A stretch of DNA of 14,045 nucleotides from Pseudobacteriovorax sp. GTDB taxonomy: Bacteria > Bdellovibrionota_B > Oligoflexia > Oligoflexales > Oligoflexaceae. The translations under genes were made by a program, and so were the position numbers. Below, in pieces: positions 8,754 through 14,045 of this stretch (its first letter is position 1; the number at the start of each line of letters is the position of its first letter). The notes beneath the pieces are model-generated. The model was given only the letters and a program-made list of their open reading frames with translations, was not told the origin of the DNA and did no database searches. The stretch spans positions 1 through 14,045 of the forward strand of contig JBNKNM010000093.1 in the NCBI GenBank assembly GCA_050293845.1. Reading direction: 5' to 3'.

Positions 8754-8935
8754 GGTATATTTCCTAATCGACGTTGCTTTTTTTCTTTAACGGAGCCTCC
8801 AGTAGCTGCTCCCATCACAATTATCGCTATGAGCGAAGTTATCGATAATCTTAGCGATCTGGCCGCTCGTATGGGAAGATGCTGGTCGATCACCATTGGA
8901 TTCGCATACTCTACCTACAAGCGGGAAGCAGCTTC

Positions 8936-9787
8936 CTAGTTATCTTCGACAGTGACAACCACAGGGTAATGGTCCGAAGGATAACGAGTACCACTGTGAT
9001 TTCGATCGATCAAAGCATCTACAATAGTTGTGTTAGCCGACAACCAAATCATATCTATTGGTCTTCCTGATGTTGTTCCTTGAAAATTATGGTAGGTTGC
9101 TTCATTTCCGGTGGGAGTGGGCTGAATCGTACGGTATCCGTCTTTTAGTGGAATTGAGTAGTTGTCGGTCTCGCTGAGAATTTGGTATGCAGATGCAGTC
9201 TCGTTGAAATTGAAGTCTCCCAATAGGAGAACATGGTTAAAATTACCCATGGTATCGATTTGTCTCCGTATTAGCTTCGCTGACTCGACTCTAGCTTTTC
9301 TTCCTAGATGGTCAAAGTGAGTATTTAGAACTAACCAGCGCTCTCCCGTTTCCAAATGCTCCAACTGCAACCAACTAGCAATTCGGGGTAGGGAGGCATC
9401 CCAGCCGCGACTTCCTACCATATCAGGAGTCTCACTTAGCCAAAATGTTCCGCGATTGAGCTCTGTGAATTTTGAATTCTTAAATAATATAGTGCAGCGC
9501 TCTCCTCTATTTGAGCCATCATCGCGACCAACTCCATAAACACCGTAATCGGATAGCCGATTTGATATATAATTTTGTTGGGAAGTAATCACCTCCTGCA
9601 TACCTAGTATGTCAGGAGAATGGGCATGGATAGTGTCCATCAGCAAGGATCGACGCCAGAACCATGAATTGAAACCATCCGCAGCGCTTCCATAGCGAAT
9701 ATTAAAAGTCATAATTGTTGTATCTGCGAGTAAGTTGGCTGAGCTTAAAATGGTAGCAAGTAATATTCCCTTGAGATATCTAGGCAT
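8936..9787 (-). CDS. Secreted endonuclease/exonuclease/phosphatase (EEP) family protein
   Basis: Motifs TFNIRY, GMQEV, LNTHFDH, LLGDFN, IDMIW and PSDHYPV. Start reassigned from 9850 to ATG9787, which has an AAGGA RBS and gives a clean signal peptide MPRYLKGILLATILSSANLLA. Confidence 0.9.
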   Translation of the reverse strand: MPRYLKGILLATILSSANLLADTTIMTFNIRYGSAADGFNSWFWRRSLLMDTIHAHSPDILGMQEVITSQQNYISNRLSDYGVYGVGRDDGSNRGERCTILFKNSKFTELNRGTFWLSETPDMVGSRGWDASLPRIASWLQLEHLETGERWLVLNTHFDHLGRKARVESAKLIRRQIDTMGNFNHVLLLGDFNFNETASAYQILSETDNYSIPLKDGYRTIQPTPTGNEATYHNFQGTTSGRPIDMIWLSANTTIVDALIDRNHSGTRYPSDHYPVVVTVEDN

Positions 9788-9889
9788 AATAACTTTTCCT
9801 TGTATATATATTGATTTGGGATAGTTATAGCAAGTTTTTGTAAAAAGCACATGTTGGCATCTAAAATTTTGGTTAAAGAAAACTCTATT

Positions 9890-9981
9890 CTAGTGTTGAT
9901 GCAAAGTTGTTCCATTAGCGTACGATGTGACTTCCCTAGTGTTGATGCAAAGTTGTTCCATTAGCGTACGATGTGACTTCC
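9890..9981. repeat. Perfect tandem direct repeat, 2 x 46 bp
   Basis: CTAGTGTTGATGCAAAGTTGTTCCATTAGCGTACGATGTGACTTCC occurs at 9890-9935 and again at 9936-9981. Confidence 0.97.
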
Positions 9982-10934
9982 GATTGTAAACTCTGCATGA
10001 GAAAGGTTGTGAGTGGGGTTAGGTCTTGTTCAGTATGTAGAATTTTCAGCTGACTCATATGATAACGCAGGTAGGGTTGAATTTTTTGAAATGGGGAAAA
10101 TCTCCCAAGATAAGTGTGGTTGCTTAGATTTCTCAAAGGCTGAGGTATACTTTTGAGACTTATAGCTTTCTGATAAGGGCCATGGAGGGGCCAATCGCTA
10201 CTATAAATAGCCTCATTTAGGCTAAATAGTCGGTGCGGCAGGTTAGTGTAAAGCAGCTGCTGGGGCTGCGGACTATTTAGTTCCGCGCCGTAATGACATT
10301 TATGGCAGTTATAATCGACAAACTGCTGAAAGCCAAGCTTTTCCTGCTCCGAAAGCTCCTCGCATTGCCCTTGCAAGTATCTATCCCAGGGGGCAGTACT
10401 AGATTGAAGAGTAGTTAGGAAGGAAGCAATGGCAACAGCCACAGCTTGTGCTCCCCCAAAGGGGGATAGAGATTCGCTGGTGGCACCTAGTTCTAACTTG
10501 TTATATAAAGGCCAAAAAACAGCACTTTCTAGGGAACTAGCTCTCCCGTTCCAAAATAATAGGCTATTTTTGCGTGATATATCCAGAAGGGGGCGGACAC
10601 GGGGGCCGATGACGTCTGATTGTCGTGCTCTTGCCATTGCGCTGCCACTTCCAAACCCTAACTGGGGTTTATGACAGTCAGAACACGAGACTCTACTGTC
10701 AGCTGAAAGACCCTTGTTAAAGAATAGCTGCTGACCCCTATAGCAATCCCCTTGTGAAGCCTTATCCAAATCATGGCAGTAGCGCACATGATTTACATGT
10801 CTGGCTTTAAAAATTGTGCGATAGGAGTCTGGAATACATCCAAGCAACTGACTTGGTATCCATAACATTATTGTTATGCATCCCAAGACCGGATTAACTG
10901 CCCTTAAATAGTATTTTCTATAGACTTGGACCAT
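9936..10934 (-). CDS. Divergent di-haem cytochrome c peroxidase / MauG superfamily protein
   Basis: Two CxxCH motifs (CSDCH, CHKCH) plus GQQLFFNKGLSADSRVSC, LFWNGRASSLE, AIASFLTTL...PWDRYLQG and PLRNL. Hydrophobic N-terminus. Exact start uncertain. Confidence 0.82.
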   Translation of the reverse strand: MVQVYRKYYLRAVNPVLGCITIMLWIPSQLLGCIPDSYRTIFKARHVNHVRYCHDLDKASQGDCYRGQQLFFNKGLSADSRVSCSDCHKPQLGFGSGSAMARARQSDVIGPRVRPLLDISRKNSLLFWNGRASSLESAVFWPLYNKLELGATSESLSPFGGAQAVAVAIASFLTTLQSSTAPWDRYLQGQCEELSEQEKLGFQQFVDYNCHKCHYGAELNSPQPQQLLYTNLPHRLFSLNEAIYSSDWPLHGPYQKAISLKSIPQPLRNLSNHTYLGRFSPFQKIQPYLRYHMSQLKILHTEQDLTPLTTFLMQSLQSEVTSYANGTTLHQH

Positions 10935-10985
10935 AGATGAGTGGGAAGCTCCTATCTGTCTTATGGCTACCGCCGGGCAAGTGGT

Positions 10986-11432
10986 TTAATCTAGTTTATA
11001 TCCCAGTTTTTTAGCCTCATTCTGTAACATGGCGGCTAAATCCGGTGCTCTTTTAAAAAGTATTTTATGTATACTTTTTGCTCTTTTGGGATTCTTTAAA
11101 TACAAATAGGCAACTCCCAAATATTCGTAAGCTTGCCAGTAATTTGGAGCCAATTTTACGGCTACTTTATAAGCACGGATGGCTTGTTTGTATTTTTTTT
11201 GTTTCCTATATGCAAGGCCTAGTAAATTGTAGGCTCGGGGATTCTTTTTATTTTTAATGATCCGTCTGGCTTTTGTCTCTGCAGCTTTGAATTGTCCTGC
11301 GTCGATAAGGGCCTGAACTTCATCGGTAGTTATTGAGGGAGTCGGTTTCTCAACTTTTTTGGGAGGAGTAGGACTACCACCTCCTGCACCCAATAAAAAG
11401 AGGCTTAAGATAACTGTTAAAGGAGCTTTCAT
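10986..11432 (-). CDS. Secreted tetratricopeptide repeat protein
   Basis: TPR consensus AYNLLGLAYRKQKKYKQAIRAYKVAVKLAPNYWQAYEYLGVAYL. Signal peptide followed by a Gly/Pro linker. RBS GAGGG. Confidence 0.88.
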   Translation of the reverse strand: MKAPLTVILSLFLLGAGGGSPTPPKKVEKPTPSITTDEVQALIDAGQFKAAETKARRIIKNKKNPRAYNLLGLAYRKQKKYKQAIRAYKVAVKLAPNYWQAYEYLGVAYLYLKNPKRAKSIHKILFKRAPDLAAMLQNEAKKLGYKLD

Positions 11433-11570
11433 TATCCCTCAGATTGAAATAGTTTATTGTTTGTTAATAATAGCTTTGCTTTCTTGACAGCCTTTGTCTA
11501 GCAATTTCTTGGAAAGCCTCTATATTTATGTTAGCTGTGTTTACTGGTTGAACTGATTGGGAGAAATTCA

Positions 11571-12584
11571 GTGAAAATTTTTTTTGACTCGCAGGATCAC
11601 CTAGGGCTGGCTAAGTTTGGTATCGATATTCCTTTAACGGATTCTAGAGTGTCTATCATAAGATCATTTCTAAATAAGATCGGCTGTGAGGCGCTCCCCA
11701 TAGATCGCGTTGATTCGTATGTATCTTTAGATCCCCAATTGCTGTCGCTGGCCCATAGTCCTGAATATGTACAAGCTGTTTTCGGTGATACGTTAGACGT
11801 TGAAAAAACACTTTGCAAAACCTTTGAACTCTATGACGAAGCAGGAAAACCTAATCGTTATGACCCCAAAAAAGCAGTACTTCCCCTTGCTAGATTAGCC
11901 AAACACGCTTTACAGCAAGCAGCGGGAACCCTAGCAGCGGCTCGCTGGACTCAGCTAAATGGGGGAGGTGTATTCTATTTAGGAGGGGGGTTTCACCATG
12001 GTATGTCGTTTGGAGGACGAGGATTTTGCTATGTTAATGATATTGTTATCGCTGCTAATAAACTCTTAGAATCACCAGATATAAATCAAATTTGGGTCAT
12101 CGATATCGATGCCCATAAAGGAGACGGCACAGCAGAACTTTGCCGCAACAATAGTGCGATCACTACATTGAGTATCCATATGGCTGAAGGGTGGCCTCTT
12201 GATAGTGCGGTAGACCATGCTTCTAGTAATCAAGCTCCTTGGTTTATTCCAAGCGACATAGATATTCCCATAAATGATAGTGAAAATGATCAGTATAATG
12301 ATAAGTTAAGTCAAGGCTTGCACTCTTTGGAAAAAATGAATCAACCCGATTATATTATGGTTGTTCACGGAAGTGATCCCTATGAAAAAGATCAGCTACC
12401 CAGCTCAGGAAAACTAAATCTAACTTTAGATCAAATGCTGGAAAGGGATATGTTAGTTTATAAGTTTGCAAAGAAGTTCGATGTCCCCTTTCTTCACTTG
12501 TTAGCAGGAGGTTATGGGGTTTACGCCCATGAACCATATAATCATTTTTTCCATAAATTATCTGATATGGGTGAGCTAGATTAA
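11571..12584 (+). CDS. Histone deacetylase family (Zn-dependent) deacylase
   Basis: GGGFHHG, GFCYVND, IDIDAHKGDGT, TLSIH, GSDPYEKD and AGGYG motifs. GTG start with GGGAG RBS. Confidence 0.93.
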   Translation: MKIFFDSQDHLGLAKFGIDIPLTDSRVSIIRSFLNKIGCEALPIDRVDSYVSLDPQLLSLAHSPEYVQAVFGDTLDVEKTLCKTFELYDEAGKPNRYDPKKAVLPLARLAKHALQQAAGTLAAARWTQLNGGGVFYLGGGFHHGMSFGGRGFCYVNDIVIAANKLLESPDINQIWVIDIDAHKGDGTAELCRNNSAITTLSIHMAEGWPLDSAVDHASSNQAPWFIPSDIDIPINDSENDQYNDKLSQGLHSLEKMNQPDYIMVVHGSDPYEKDQLPSSGKLNLTLDQMLERDMLVYKFAKKFDVPFLHLLAGGYGVYAHEPYNHFFHKLSDMGELD

Positions 12585-12658
12585 AGTAATACTGTGGCGG
12601 GAGTCATGGGAGATTATAAATTCAAATCTATTTTTAAAAATGCTAATAATGGGAGATT

Positions 12659-13786
12659 TTAGAAAAAACTGATGAGGGAGGAATCAATTTCAGTTTTAAG
12701 TTTATAGCCTCTCATGACCAAGCGGCGCTTGAGATCAGAAATATGGGCCGCTCCCCAAGGGATAACAATATTATCATATTGCTGTTGCTTGGAATCAAAA
12801 ACCTCCATAAGATGCTGGTTACGAAAGTGGATTAGGTCGCTTTCAATACGTTTTTGGCTTAGGTGCTTCAGGTCTTTTATATTCGACATTGTTAGTGAGC
12901 CATTTGCTATTCTTGCCACCGATTGAAGACTGATGCGGATGTCTACTGGCAATTCTGAGAAATCAATATCAGCGTTGACCGTATGGAAACTTTCAATAAC
13001 CTTAAAGGTGAAGCTTTGGTGTTGATGTGACAAGTTTAACGATTCTGCAAGGTTGCGATAGTTTAAGGGGGTGGTGATGAGATTGGTGTTATCTGTAACT
13101 CCTTCTAATAGGACAATAGTTTTCAATTGCGGAATACTGTTGAGAGTTCTTTGGTAAAAGCTTTCGCTTGCTACATGAGCCATTCCCAAAAGATATACAT
13201 TCTTTTCTCCTTTAGAGTATGTAAAGTGCTTCACTAGCAACTGCCCATCTACATAGTGAATGACCCCACGAGAGCTTTCCATCAGCATGAACAGGCTGTG
13301 AATGCCACCGGATATAAAAATCGAAAGTATCATGACCAAGGTAATTAAGGGGAGTCCTACAAAGAACCGGCTTGGGTTGAATGTAAATAAAGGGAAATCT
13401 TTCTTAAAAAAGAGGCCTAAAGGGTTTTTAGTATATTTAATCCGCCAATAGTGGTTGTGAATACAGATATTTAAAAAGACAAACTCCTCTGCTAACCAAC
13501 CCTGGGAAGTGTATATATGAGGAAAAGTGACAAGAGGCCAAAAGGAAAAGATTTTCCAACATAGGGTCAATAAGAGAGGTAAGTACAGTTTTTTAGGAAC
13601 TTCCTTGACAAGGTGGATCACTGGGACAAAAGGGATAAGAGACATAAACCGGAGCCATGGGAAAATATGGGAGATGTGAAGGTCATGTTCTATTTCCCAT
13701 GCCATACTCAGGCCTAATCCAAAAAATATAATTCCTGTACATATGAAATTGACTAGGTAAAACTGATTTAATATATAGGGAATCAC
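12659..13786 (-). CDS. Membrane protein with N-terminal TM helices and a C-terminal TraB/GumN/TIKI-like domain
   Basis: Several hydrophobic segments in the first ~170 aa, then [26 protein letters not shown] and IPWGAAH in the order expected for TraB/TIKI-type metal ligands. Start uncertain. Confidence 0.6.
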   Translation of the reverse strand: MIPYILNQFYLVNFICTGIIFFGLGLSMAWEIEHDLHISHIFPWLRFMSLIPFVPVIHLVKEVPKKLYLPLLLTLCWKIFSFWPLVTFPHIYTSQGWLAEEFVFLNICIHNHYWRIKYTKNPLGLFFKKDFPLFTFNPSRFFVGLPLITLVMILSIFISGGIHSLFMLMESSRGVIHYVDGQLLVKHFTYSKGEKNVYLLGMAHVASESFYQRTLNSIPQLKTIVLLEGVTDNTNLITTPLNYRNLAESLNLSHQHQSFTFKVIESFHTVNADIDFSELPVDIRISLQSVARIANGSLTMSNIKDLKHLSQKRIESDLIHFRNQHLMEVFDSKQQQYDNIVIPWGAAHISDLKRRLVMRGYKLKTEIDSSLISFF

Positions 13787-13920
13787 AAAAGCCTTTCTCA
13801 GAGGAATCTCAATATCTTTATCGTCATATTGTATTTATGTTAATCTATCATGATTTCATGGTAAAAAGTATATGGTTAGGCTATGGTAGCATAGTACGTT
13901 TTACTTTGAGGAGAATTACA

Positions 13921-14045
13921 ATGGCTTTAAATATTGGCATCAGTCAAGAAAAAACATCTGAAATTTCAAAGGGTTTATCTAAGCTATTGGCCGAAACTTA
14001 CACTTTATATTTAAAGACTCATAAATACCATTGGAATGTGACAGG
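13921..14045 (+). CDS. dps: Dps family DNA-protection/ferritin-like protein, N-terminal part, truncated by the window edge and absent from the ORF track
   Basis: Translates as [41 protein letters not shown](G), containing the Dps signature LYLKTHxYHWNV. RBS GAGGAG 7 nt upstream. Confidence 0.95.
   Translation, partial: MALNIGISQEKTSEISKGLSKLLAETYTLYLKTHKYHWNVT

Noticed and set aside
9788..9850. 21-codon N-terminal extension of the EEP ORF given in the track
   Set aside because: ATG9787 has an RBS and yields a proper signal peptide; the extension looks like AT-rich promoter DNA.
9890..9981. The 46-bp repeat as a CRISPR array, or as a sigma-54 promoter (TGGAACAACTTTGCA on the - strand)
   Set aside because: There are only two abutting copies with no spacer and no cas genes. 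The GG-to-GC spacing is 9 nt, not the required 10.
11485..11490. Perfect TTGACA hexamer upstream of the HDAC gene
   Set aside because: No acceptable -10 element at 16-18 bp spacing.
583..12926. Short ORF-track entries overlapping longer genes (583-816, 1323-1652, 2118-2318, 2670-2852, 3615-3848, 3865-4131, 4461-4706, 6004-6255, 6419-6631, 7548-7817, 8024-8206, 8265-8519, 8879-9070, 10429-10674, 11597-11818, 12355-12537, 12714-12926)
   Set aside because: They are antisense or out-of-frame shadows of well-supported genes, with no recognisable motifs.
13845..13895. Possible OxyR/LysR-type site upstream of dps (ATAT-N7-CTAT-N6-ATAG) and the dyad TATCATGA-TT-TCATGGTA
   Set aside because: Biologically plausible for dps, but the spacing does not fit the four-tetramer OxyR consensus and the match is too weak to call.

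Overview
Bacterial chromosomal window with 11 complete CDSs and 2 edge-truncated ones. Left flank: the 3' part of a molybdopterin oxidoreductase, a DUF21/CNNM-CBS transporter, an MFS transporter and a secreted MBL-fold hydrolase. Centre: an accessory-looking block with long AT-rich spacers, holding a 76-aa HRxxGPA-repeat protein, a stand-alone secreted GH45 endoglucanase and a lipoprotein with a LamG-like domain. Next is a minus-strand trio (TPR protein, divergent di-haem CCP/MauG-family protein, secreted EEP phosphoesterase). The right end has an HDAC-family deacylase, a membrane protein with a TraB/TIKI-like domain and the 5' end of dps, which the ORF track misses. No rRNA, tRNA, CRISPR array, transposase or integrase is visible. 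The clearest non-coding signals are a perfect 46-bp tandem duplication of the last 46 nt of the CCP/MauG-like gene (9890-9981) and an 88-bp nested inverted repeat with nearby 12-mer repeats downstream of the GH45 gene. The best candidate for an undescribed system is the TPR / degenerate MauG-like / EEP trio, but that is inference only. All family calls come from recognising motifs by eye; no database search was run.
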